Positions 33,934 to 42,016 are shown, numbered from the stretch's first letter. The stretch is 49,961 nt of DNA from Frankiales bacterium (GCA_025464915.1 JAODNF010000341.1:1-49961), one strand, 5' to 3'. The notes: generated from the sequence alone by a model not told the origin. Program-made: numbers and translations.

Positions 33934-34665
33934 GTGCACGTCGATCGCAGGTCCAGGAGCACCAGCAGCCTCACCCGGGCTGCGCGCCGGGTGGCATGCG
34001 TCCACCGCTTCGACATCCTCGGCCGGTCCACCGCGGAGACGGTCCCCGACGCCCGGTCGGAGGACTACGGGGTCCAGCGGCTGACCAGCCTGGAGGACCT
34101 GCTCCGGGACGCCGACGGCGAGCACGACTCCCGGGCCCTGGACGCGCTCAAGCGCATCGCACCGATCCGACGAGCCCTGCAGGCCCGGCGGGCGCGACGC
34201 CAGGCGGCCCGCTTCGCGCAGGGCGACGTGGCCTACGTGGCGACGCAGGACGGAGCAGTCGCGGCCTGGGCGTGGGCCAGTCAGGCTGCCACGTTCCACT
34301 GCCGCTGGAGCGGCCTGCGCTTCCGGCTCGCGACCGATGAGGCCTACCTCTACGACCTCTGGTGCTTTCCCGCGCACCGCCGGACAGGCGCGGGAGTCGT
34401 CGTGATGCGGGCGTTGATGGCAGATCTGCACAGCAGGGGGGCCGCACGGGTCTACGGCTACGTGCTGCAGGACAACCGGGCGAGCCAGGTCCTGCACCGG
34501 CTCGTCCTCGGATTCGAGCAGGTGCAGGTGGTGAGCAGCCTGCGGGTCCTCAGCCACTGGGCCTGGCAGCTGCCGCGGGTGGGCCCTCAGCAGAGTGGGC
34601 CGTGCACGAGCAGGCGCGGCGGCGGGGCTGCCCGGTCCCTGGCTGACGGCCGGCGTGCCGCGTGA
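33934..34665 (+). CDS. GNAT-family N-acyltransferase
   Basis: 243-aa ORF; the true start may be internal. GNAT motif A region YLYDLWCFPAHRRTGAGVVVMRALMADLHSRGAARVYGYVLQDNRASQVLHRLVLGFEQV. Confidence 0.6.
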   Translation: MHVDRRSRSTSSLTRAARRVACVHRFDILGRSTAETVPDARSEDYGVQRLTSLEDLLRDADGEHDSRALDALKRIAPIRRALQARRARRQAARFAQGDVAYVATQDGAVAAWAWASQAATFHCRWSGLRFRLATDEAYLYDLWCFPAHRRTGAGVVVMRALMADLHSRGAARVYGYVLQDNRASQVLHRLVLGFEQVQVVSSLRVLSHWAWQLPRVGPQQSGPCTSRRGGGAARSLADGRRAA

Positions 34666-35642
34666 CTGCGATCGCCGAGAAGCGCGGACCCCTCGACTTC
34701 GACGCCGAGGTGGTGACCGAGAGGCTGGTCGCAGGCATCCGGCGGGCCGTCCGCGACCTGGGTCGCAGGGGAGCGGTCGTGGCGGTGTCCGGGGGGGTCG
34801 ACTCCGGTGTGGTCGCGGCGCTCTGCGCACGCGCCCTCGAACCGCATCGCGTGCTGCTGCTGAGACTGCCCGAGGCAACGTCCGGCAACCGGTCGTCGCT
34901 GCTCGGGCTCGAGCTGGCTGCCCGCCTCGGGACCCCCACACGCGAGGAGCCCATCGGTCCCGCGCTCGCGGCGCTCGGCTGCTACGCGCAGCAGGACGAG
35001 GCGGTGCGAGCGGTGTTCCACGACTACCAGCCCGGCTGGCCGTTCAAGCTCGTGAGGTCGCGACCCAACGGGTCGCCGACGGTGTTCTCCCTGGTCGTCG
35101 AACGGCCCGGCGGTCGACGTGAGGCGCGACGGATGCCGGCCGCGGCCTACCGGCTGCTGCTCAGCGCGACGAACACCAAGCAGCGGATCCGGACCGTGGT
35201 CAGCTACACCTGGGCTGACCGGCTGCACGCCGCCGTGGCGGGGACACCGAACCTCGTCGAGTACGACCAGGGCTTCTTCGTCAAGGGCGGCGACGGCCTG
35301 TCGGACGTGAAGCCCATCGCCGGCATGTACAAGCAGCAGGTCTATGCCCTGGCCAGGCACCTGCGGCTGCCTGAGGCCATCGCGGGACGTGCGCCCACGA
35401 CGGAGACCTTCTCGCTGCACCAGTCGCAGGAGGAGTTCTACTTCGGCTTCCCCATGGCGCAGATGGACCTCATCCTCTGGGGAGAGCGGCACGGGATCGC
35501 GGTGAACGAGCTCGCTGCCCGGGGCCGCATGTCACGGGAGGACGTGGCCCTGGGCTATGCCGAGGTCGTGCGCAGGCGGACCGCCACCGCCTACCTGCAC
35601 GCGGCACCGGTCCTCCTCGACGACGTCGCACCGCCGACCTGA
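34662..35642 (+). CDS. NAD synthetase (NadE)-like PP-loop ATP pyrophosphatase / amidotransferase, no glutaminase domain
   Basis: 326 aa. GTG 34662 overlaps the GNAT stop as GTGA. PP-loop VAVSGGVDSGVVAAL. NadE-type block TPNLVEYDQGFFVKGGDGLSDVKPIAGMYKQQVYALARHLRLPEAI ... PTTETF. Confidence 0.8.
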   Translation: MTAIAEKRGPLDFDAEVVTERLVAGIRRAVRDLGRRGAVVAVSGGVDSGVVAALCARALEPHRVLLLRLPEATSGNRSSLLGLELAARLGTPTREEPIGPALAALGCYAQQDEAVRAVFHDYQPGWPFKLVRSRPNGSPTVFSLVVERPGGRREARRMPAAAYRLLLSATNTKQRIRTVVSYTWADRLHAAVAGTPNLVEYDQGFFVKGGDGLSDVKPIAGMYKQQVYALARHLRLPEAIAGRAPTTETFSLHQSQEEFYFGFPMAQMDLILWGERHGIAVNELAARGRMSREDVALGYAEVVRRRTATAYLHAAPVLLDDVAPPT

Positions 35643-37606
35643 TGTGCGGCATCGCGGGGATCGTCCGCGCCGGGCCCGGTCGTCCGGTCGAGGAGCCGGC
35701 GCTGCTGCGGATGGCAGCGTCCCTGCGGCACCGGGGGCCGGACGGGTTCGGCCTCGCGCGGGGTCAGGCGGTGGGTCTGGTCTCGACCCGGCTGGCCATT
35801 CTCGACCTGTCCCACGGCTGGCAGCCGATGCGGTCGCAGGCCGGGTCGGTCCTGGTCTACAACGGCGAGGTCTACAACCACGCGGAGCTGCGGGCGGAGC
35901 TGTCTCGCGAGGGCGCGAGCTTCCGCACCCGGACCGACACCGAGGTCGTGCACGCGATGCTGGACCGGCGCGGGCTCGACGCGCTGGCTGCCTTCAACGG
36001 CCAGTTCGCGCTCGGGCTCTGGGAGCCGGACGACCAGCGGCTGACCCTGGTCCGCGACAGGTTCGGCGTCCGCCCGCTGCACTACGCGCTCACGGCACGC
36101 GGCGACCTGGTCTTCGGCTCCGAGGTGACCGCGGTGCTCGCGTCTGGGGAGGTCTCGGCTGCGCCGGACCTGGAGGGCATCGACGACGTCTTCACGACCT
36201 GGGGCCCTCGACCGCCTCGCAGCGCCTTCCGGGGCATCGGGCAGCTGCGACCGGGCGGCGTGCTGGTCTGGGAGCGCGGCCGGATCGTCCGCGAGGGGCT
36301 GTGGTGGCGGCCGGACGTGGCCTGCCGGGACGCCGAGCCGACCACCGACCTCGGTGACCTGCTTCGCAGCAGCGTCGGGCTCCGGTTGCAGGCGGACGTG
36401 CGGGTAGGGACGTACCTCTCGGGCGGGCTGGACTCGAGCCTGCTCACCGCGCTCGCACGCGAGGTCATCGGGCCCGACCTGCGGACGTTCTCCCTGGCCT
36501 TCGAGTCCGCGCAGTACGACGAGAGCGCGGCGCAGCAACGGGTGGCCGGTTTCCTGGGCACGCAGCACCATGTGCTCCACATCAGCGCGCGGGACATCGC
36601 GGCGGGCTTCCGCGACGCGGTGCTCCACGCAGCCACGCCCCTGGTGCGGACAGGCCCGGTGTGCATGGCGCAGCTCGCCAGGTTCGCCCGAGAGCACGGG
36701 GTCACGGTGGTCGCGACCGGAGAGGGCGCAGACGAGCTCTTCTGGGGCTACGACGTGTTCAAGGAGGTCTTGGCGCGCCGGGCCTACCTCCGCGACCCGG
36801 AGCTGACCAGCGCCTTCGACGACCTCTACCCGCACCTCGGGCACCGAGCGCGGGGCCCGGGTTGGCAGCACGCGTTCGCGGCTGCGGGCCCCGCGGACGA
36901 CCCGCTGTTCTCGCACCAGGTGCGGATGCGCGCGACCGGGTCGGTCGCGGCGCTCTACGCCCCCGACGTGGTCGCAGAGCTCGACGGCCAGAGCTCGCGG
37001 GAGCGCCTCCGGCGGTCGCTGCCACCGGAGTTCACGGGCTGGACCGATCTGCAGCGGACGACCTGGCTCGAGCTGCACACGCTGCTCGAGCCCTACCTGC
37101 TCGCCGCGCAGGGTGACCGGGCCGCGATGACGCACGGCGTCGAGGGCCGCTACCCGTTCCTCGACCACCGGGTGTTCGACCACGCCATGAGCCTGCGGCC
37201 GGACCGCAAGCTGCGTGGGAGCCAGGACAAGGCTGTGCTCCGCGAGCTCGCCGCATCGGTGCTGCCGGCCGAGATCACGAACCGGCGCAAGCAGCCCTAC
37301 CGCGCCCCCGAGGTGGCACCGTTCGTCGGACCGGACGCGCCGGAGTGGGTGCAGGACTCTCTGACCCCGACGGCCGTCCGCGCAGCCGGCCTGTTCGACC
37401 CGACCCGGGTCGAGGCCCTGATGGTCCGGTGCGGTGGGGGACGGGCGCTCGGTCAGCGGGAAGCGATGGCGTTCGTCGGGGTGCTGTCGACGCAGGTGTG
37501 GTCGGAGCAGCACTTCGGGGCGGGCGTCGTGGCGCCCGAGCAGGAGGCGAGACGGCCGAGGGTGTTCCTCGAGCTGGATGACGAGAGAGCAGAGGCCACA
37601 GCATGA
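35642..37606 (+). CDS. Asparagine synthase-like glutamine-dependent amidotransferase (AsnB family)
   Basis: 654 aa. N-terminal nucleophile MCGIAGIV, YNGEVYNHAELR, and PP-loop YLSGGLDSS. The start overlaps the upstream stop (TGATG). Confidence 0.9.
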   Translation: MCGIAGIVRAGPGRPVEEPALLRMAASLRHRGPDGFGLARGQAVGLVSTRLAILDLSHGWQPMRSQAGSVLVYNGEVYNHAELRAELSREGASFRTRTDTEVVHAMLDRRGLDALAAFNGQFALGLWEPDDQRLTLVRDRFGVRPLHYALTARGDLVFGSEVTAVLASGEVSAAPDLEGIDDVFTTWGPRPPRSAFRGIGQLRPGGVLVWERGRIVREGLWWRPDVACRDAEPTTDLGDLLRSSVGLRLQADVRVGTYLSGGLDSSLLTALAREVIGPDLRTFSLAFESAQYDESAAQQRVAGFLGTQHHVLHISARDIAAGFRDAVLHAATPLVRTGPVCMAQLARFAREHGVTVVATGEGADELFWGYDVFKEVLARRAYLRDPELTSAFDDLYPHLGHRARGPGWQHAFAAAGPADDPLFSHQVRMRATGSVAALYAPDVVAELDGQSSRERLRRSLPPEFTGWTDLQRTTWLELHTLLEPYLLAAQGDRAAMTHGVEGRYPFLDHRVFDHAMSLRPDRKLRGSQDKAVLRELAASVLPAEITNRRKQPYRAPEVAPFVGPDAPEWVQDSLTPTAVRAAGLFDPTRVEALMVRCGGGRALGQREAMAFVGVLSTQVWSEQHFGAGVVAPEQEARRPRVFLELDDERAEATA

Positions 37607-37872
37607 CGACCGTCGTTCCAGGTGTGCAGGTGCGCGAAGAGCTGCGCGCCTTCGTCGTCGAGAGCTTCCTCTACCTTCATCCCGACCTCGAGCTGAAGGA
37701 CGGCGACGACCTCCTCGCCCTCGGCGTCATCGACTCGCTCGGCTTCGTCGAGCTCGTCGAGCAGGTGGAGTCCCGCCTGGGTCTCCGCGTCAAGGACGTC
37801 GACATCACGGGGGAGAACTTCGGCTCCATCGACGCCATGGTCGCCTTCGTGGGGTCCCACCGGAGCCCCTGA
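37603..37872 (+). CDS. Acyl/peptidyl carrier protein
   Basis: 89 aa. The phosphopantetheine attachment Ser is in LGVIDSLGFVELVEQV. ATGA overlap with the AsnB-like stop. Confidence 0.85.
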   Translation: MTTVVPGVQVREELRAFVVESFLYLHPDLELKDGDDLLALGVIDSLGFVELVEQVESRLGLRVKDVDITGENFGSIDAMVAFVGSHRSP

Positions 37873-39371
37873 TGACCTCGGTCAAGGACGACCTCATCGC
37901 CAGCGCAACTGCCCGTCCCTCGCACCTCGCCGTGGCCGACCGGGGGCAGCGACTCACCTATGGAGCGCTGCTGCGGAGGGCGTCGTGCCTGGCCCGCCGC
38001 CTGGGCGAGTGCGGCGTGAAGCGTGGGGACCGGGTCGCGATCGTCATGCACAGCGGGGTCGAGTGCGCTGTCACGATCTACGCGACCACCATCGCGGGAG
38101 CGTGCTTCGTCGTCCTCGACGCGACGACGCCCCAGGACCAGCTCGTCGCCCTGCTGACCACGACCCGTGCCAAGGCGGTGGTCTGCGACGCCGCTGCCGG
38201 CCCGCGGGTGCGGGCCGCCGCTCAGGGCGTCACGCCCGTGCCCGTGGTCGTGACGGGCCTCCCGCCGGGGAGTGCAGCACCGGGCGACCAGCAGGTGTGG
38301 CAGCGGTACGGTCCGGCGCTCATCTCCACCGATCTGGCAGCGATCGTGTTCACCTCGGGATCCACCGGAGTTCCTCGTGGTGCGACGTTCCTGCACCGCA
38401 ACCTGACGTTCGTGACGTCCTCGGTGCTGGGCTATCTCCCGCTGACCGCCGAGGACCGGATCCTCTCGGTGCTGCCCCTGTCCCACACGTACGGCCTCTA
38501 CCAGCTCCTGCTGTCGGTGCGACTGGGAGCGACGCTGCACCTGCGACCCGGGGCCGGACCCGTCGGCGGCATCCTGCGAGACCTCGAGGACGAGGCCATC
38601 ACGGTCCTGCCCGGCGTTCCCGCGCTGTGGCAGCTGTTCCGTTCGACAGAGGTCGCATTCCCCGCGGTCCGGTTGCTCAGCAACGCCGGTGCTGCCCTGC
38701 CTGCGGACCGCATCCCCGACCTGCAGCGCATCTTCCCGCACGCGAGCCTCTATGCGATGTACGGCCAGACGGAGTGCGCCAGGGTCGCGTTCCTGCCGCC
38801 CGAGCTGCTGGCCTCTCATCCCGACTCGGTCGGCGTCGCCGTTCCCGGGACCCAGGCATGGCTGGAGGACGAGCACGGCCGTGAGCCGGCGTTCGGCGGC
38901 ACGGGGGAGCTGGTCGTGCGGGGGGAGCACGTCATGCAGGGCTACTGGGACGACGAGGAGGCGACCAGGCGCAAGCTGGTGCCTGGTCGCTGGCCGGGTG
39001 ACAGGGTGCTGCGCACCGGCGACATCTTCCGGCGTGACGCGGACGGCTACCTCTGCTTCGTGGCCCGGCACGACGACGTGATCAACATCGGCGGCCAGAA
39101 GGTCGCCCCGCTCGAGGTCGAGCGAGTGCTGTGCGCGGCACCCGGCGTCGTCGAGGCCGTGGTGGTCGGGACGGCTGACGGCTCGCGCGGGCAGGTGATC
39201 GTCGCCCACGTCGTCGCTGCACCGGGTGCGGTCCTGGACGCGCGGGCGCTCAAGCGGCACTGCGCGGAGCGCCTCGAGGCGAGCAAGGTGCCTCGCGAGG
39301 TCGTGCAGCACCAAGCCCTGCCCCGGCTGAGCAGCGGGAAGGTCGACCGCAAGCGGCTGGTCCTCTCCTAG
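37872..39371 (+). CDS. ANL-superfamily adenylating enzyme (AMP-dependent synthetase/ligase)
   Basis: The tail of ORF 37434..39371, starting at ATG 37872 (TGATG overlap). Core motifs IVFTSGSTGVPRG, MYGQTE, LRTGDIF, DDVINIGGQKVAPLEVE and SSGKVDRK. Confidence 0.9.
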   Translation: MTSVKDDLIASATARPSHLAVADRGQRLTYGALLRRASCLARRLGECGVKRGDRVAIVMHSGVECAVTIYATTIAGACFVVLDATTPQDQLVALLTTTRAKAVVCDAAAGPRVRAAAQGVTPVPVVVTGLPPGSAAPGDQQVWQRYGPALISTDLAAIVFTSGSTGVPRGATFLHRNLTFVTSSVLGYLPLTAEDRILSVLPLSHTYGLYQLLLSVRLGATLHLRPGAGPVGGILRDLEDEAITVLPGVPALWQLFRSTEVAFPAVRLLSNAGAALPADRIPDLQRIFPHASLYAMYGQTECARVAFLPPELLASHPDSVGVAVPGTQAWLEDEHGREPAFGGTGELVVRGEHVMQGYWDDEEATRRKLVPGRWPGDRVLRTGDIFRRDADGYLCFVARHDDVINIGGQKVAPLEVERVLCAAPGVVEAVVVGTADGSRGQVIVAHVVAAPGAVLDARALKRHCAERLEASKVPREVVQHQALPRLSSGKVDRKRLVLS

Positions 39372-39381
39372 ATTGCCTCGC

Positions 39382-40440
39382 ATGACCTACCGCGTCGTCC
39401 AGTGGACCACCGGCAACGTCGGGCAGCGCTCCGTCATCGCCGTTCTCGACAACCCGCTGCTCGACCTGGTCGGCTGCTACGCCTGGTCGCCAGACAAGGT
39501 CGGGCAGGACGTCGGGACGCTGTGCGGCGTCGAACCGGTCGGCATCCTCGCCACCGACGACGTCGAAGCGCTGCTGGCGCTGAAGCCGGACTGCGTCGTC
39601 TACAACCCGAAGTGGCCGGACGTCGACGTCATGTGCCGCATCCTGTCCGCCGGCATCAACATCGTCGCGACTGCCGGCTTCATCACGGGGCATGCCCTGG
39701 GCGACGGTCGGGCGCGCATCCAACAGGCCTGCCGCGCCGGTGGAGCGAGCGTCTTCGGATCGGGCATGAACCCCGGCTTCCTCAACCTGCTCGGCCTCGT
39801 GTCGGCCGGCATCTGCGACCGCGTCGATCGGATCACCATGCTCGAGTCCGTCGACTCGACCGGCTACGACTCGCCGGAGACCGAGCAGTCGGTGGGGTTC
39901 GGCCAGCCTCTCGGTGCGCCCGGCTTGCAGGAGCGCGTCGCCGAGGCGACAGCGGTCTTCGGAGACGCGGTCTGGCTCACCGGCGAGGCACTGGGCATCG
40001 ACCTCGACGAGGTCCGCTGCGTCGCCGAGTTCGCCACGACGACAGCGCCGGTCGATCTGGTCAGCTGGACCATCGAGCCGGGGCAGGTCGCGGGCGTCGC
40101 CGCGTCGTGGCAGGGCTGGTACGACGGTCGGCTGGTGGTCGACCTCCGCGTGATGTGGCGCAAGGGCCGGACCCTCGAACCGGACTGGAAGGTCGAGCAC
40201 GGCTACGTCGTGAGCATCGAGGGCCGCCCCAACGTGCGCACCAAGCTGACCATCGCGCCGCCCGCCGACTTCGTCGCGACGTCGGTGCAGGACTACATGG
40301 TGCTCGGGATGATCATCACGGGGCTGCCGGCGGTCAACGCCATCGCTGCCGTCTGCGACGCGCGGCCCGGGATCGTCACCTACAACGACCTGCCACTGAT
40401 CGCGAGCCGCGGGTTCGTCAGCCGGAGCGCAGCCGGGTGA
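39382..40440 (+). CDS. Dihydrodipicolinate-reductase-like NAD(P)H-dependent amine dehydrogenase family protein
   Basis: ORF 39373..40440; ATG 39382 gives MTYRVVQWTTGNVGQRSVIAVL (N-terminal Rossmann). Further blocks LKPDCVVYNP and GINIVATAGF. It lies 10 nt downstream of the ligase stop. Confidence 0.7.
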   Translation: MTYRVVQWTTGNVGQRSVIAVLDNPLLDLVGCYAWSPDKVGQDVGTLCGVEPVGILATDDVEALLALKPDCVVYNPKWPDVDVMCRILSAGINIVATAGFITGHALGDGRARIQQACRAGGASVFGSGMNPGFLNLLGLVSAGICDRVDRITMLESVDSTGYDSPETEQSVGFGQPLGAPGLQERVAEATAVFGDAVWLTGEALGIDLDEVRCVAEFATTTAPVDLVSWTIEPGQVAGVAASWQGWYDGRLVVDLRVMWRKGRTLEPDWKVEHGYVVSIEGRPNVRTKLTIAPPADFVATSVQDYMVLGMIITGLPAVNAIAAVCDARPGIVTYNDLPLIASRGFVSRSAAG

Positions 40441-40924
40441 TCTCGAGGACTCGCGGTCGGATGCCCGCCGCGAGGCCGGCCCAGAACCCGTCGGGACTGG
40501 ACTCGAGCAAGGTGCGGCTGCCGGAGCCGTCGACCATCAGGACCTGCATCGACGGTTCCCTGTCGACCAGCTGAAGCGTGACGGCGCGGATCCCCTGCTG
40601 CTCCATCAGGTGGTCGACCATCGAGTCGTGGCGCCCGCCCACGGTCTCGTGCACGGGACGGCCGGACGCGGTGCGGTCGACGAGCTCACGGATGCCGGGC
40701 GTGATGTCGATCGCCACCGACGTACCCGGCTCGAAGACGCTCTCGCTGATCGACCAGCTCGCCTCGACGACAGCGGTGTCCCCGCGCAGCGTCACGAGGC
40801 CGAGCAGCCACAGGTCGAAGCGCGGCCGGAGCTCGCCGGCGACGGACGCGACCAGCTCGTCCAGGTCGCGCGCGTCCTGCGCGTCGTTGACGGCTTGGAG
40901 CAGCAGCGCGGTGTCGAGTCCCAT
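40418..40924 (-). CDS. Hypothetical protein, possibly GAF-like fold
   Basis: 168 aa in a GC3-rich frame with no TM helix. The alternating pattern is compatible with a small ligand-binding GAF/PAS-like domain, but no diagnostic motif is present. The 3' end overlaps the convergent gene by 23 nt. Confidence 0.45.
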   Translation of the reverse strand: MGLDTALLLQAVNDAQDARDLDELVASVAGELRPRFDLWLLGLVTLRGDTAVVEASWSISESVFEPGTSVAIDITPGIRELVDRTASGRPVHETVGGRHDSMVDHLMEQQGIRAVTLQLVDREPSMQVLMVDGSGSRTLLESSPDGFWAGLAAGIRPRVLEITRLRSG

Positions 40925-40966
40925 GAGCTCACCTCACGCCGGACGGTAGCCCTCCGTGACCGGGCG

Positions 40967-41465
40967 TCAATCGCCTGTCGTGGCTACTCGCGGCAGGGGG
41001 AAGCGCTTGCGCCACAACGGCTTGCCGGTCTTCTGGTCGAGCACCTGGGCCTCGCCGTGGCCGGCGTAGGACTGAGCGCTCGCGATCACGACCGCGTAGT
41101 CCCCTGAGACGGCGAAGAAGTCTCCGCGCGGCAGTGCCGTGCGCCACCTCTTGATGAACGTCTTGGCGTCCACCTTCTCCAGCACCGGCCCTTCGCGGTA
41201 CGAGCGCTGCGTAACCACCACGAGGTCGTTGTCCTTCGTGCCGACGAGAGCCATCCCGTAGTCCAGCAACGATCTCTGGATCCACTTCAGGTGACAGTCT
41301 TGTGCGTCGACGGCGTACATCCCGCGCGAGGCTCTCCTGGACCACGATGACCCCGTTCATCTCGGTCAGCGGCCGGACCTCGGGGACGGTCCAGCTCGGC
41401 TTGCCGGCAGGGCGGAACGTGCTCGGGGTGCTCGGGTCACGAGGGCGGGTCGCGACCTGCGGCAC
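40967..41465 (-). pseudogene. Frameshifted remnant of a PQQ/BamB-like beta-propeller repeat protein
   Basis: Two minus-strand ORFs in different frames join sensibly at about 41320. The first ends ...GKPSWTVPEVRPLTEMNGVIVVQESLAR and the second starts MYAVDAQDCHLKW...DAKTFIKRW...DQKTGKPLW. Together they give four repeats of the x-G-x-x-x-W blade motif. There is no signal peptide, the total is only about 165 aa, and GC is visibly lower than in neighbouring genes. Confidence 0.35.
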
Positions 41466-41527
41466 CGTGCACAGCGCGGCGCATGTCCTCTAGACCGCGG
41501 TGTGCGGCCGGCAGTGCTGGCCCTCTC

Positions 41528-42016
41528 CTAGAAGTCGCCCGCTCCGCGACGGAGGTCCTCCAGCACGTTGACGAGGGTGGTGACGCGGCGGGCGGAGAGC
41601 CCCGGCTTGCCGAAGACCTCGGTGTTGAGGGCCTCGGTGGCTTTCAGGGCAGTACGCCGACCGGTGGTCGTGACAGCGATCAGCGTCGCGCGCCCGTCAG
41701 TGGGGTGAGGTGACCTCGACACGAGGCCGGCCGCCTCGAGGCGGTCCACAGCGTTGGTGATGGAGGTGGGGTGCACCTGCAGGCGCTCGGACGCCTTCTT
41801 GAGCGGCATCGAGCCGCGGCTGCTGAAGTGCAGCAGCATCAGCAGCTCGTACCTCGCGAAGGTGAGGTCGAACGGCTTGAGCACCTCATCGACGCGGGCC
41901 TGGAAGATCTGCTGCGCGCGCATCACCGAGGTGACGGCGACCATCCCCTCGGCCGCGTCGAACCAGCCCTCGCGCTCCCAGTTCTCGCGCGCGAGGGAGA
42001 TCGGATCCCTAGACAT
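41528..42016 (-). CDS. MarR-family transcriptional regulator
   Basis: ORF 41528..42397 trimmed to ATG 42016, which overlaps the IcmF stop by 8 nt (ATGTCTAG). Winged-helix block LTFARYELLMLLHFSSRGSMPLKKASERLQVHPTSITNAVDRLEAAGLVSR. Confidence 0.85.
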   Translation of the reverse strand: MSRDPISLARENWEREGWFDAAEGMVAVTSVMRAQQIFQARVDEVLKPFDLTFARYELLMLLHFSSRGSMPLKKASERLQVHPTSITNAVDRLEAAGLVSRSPHPTDGRATLIAVTTTGRRTALKATEALNTEVFGKPGLSARRVTTLVNVLEDLRRGAGDF

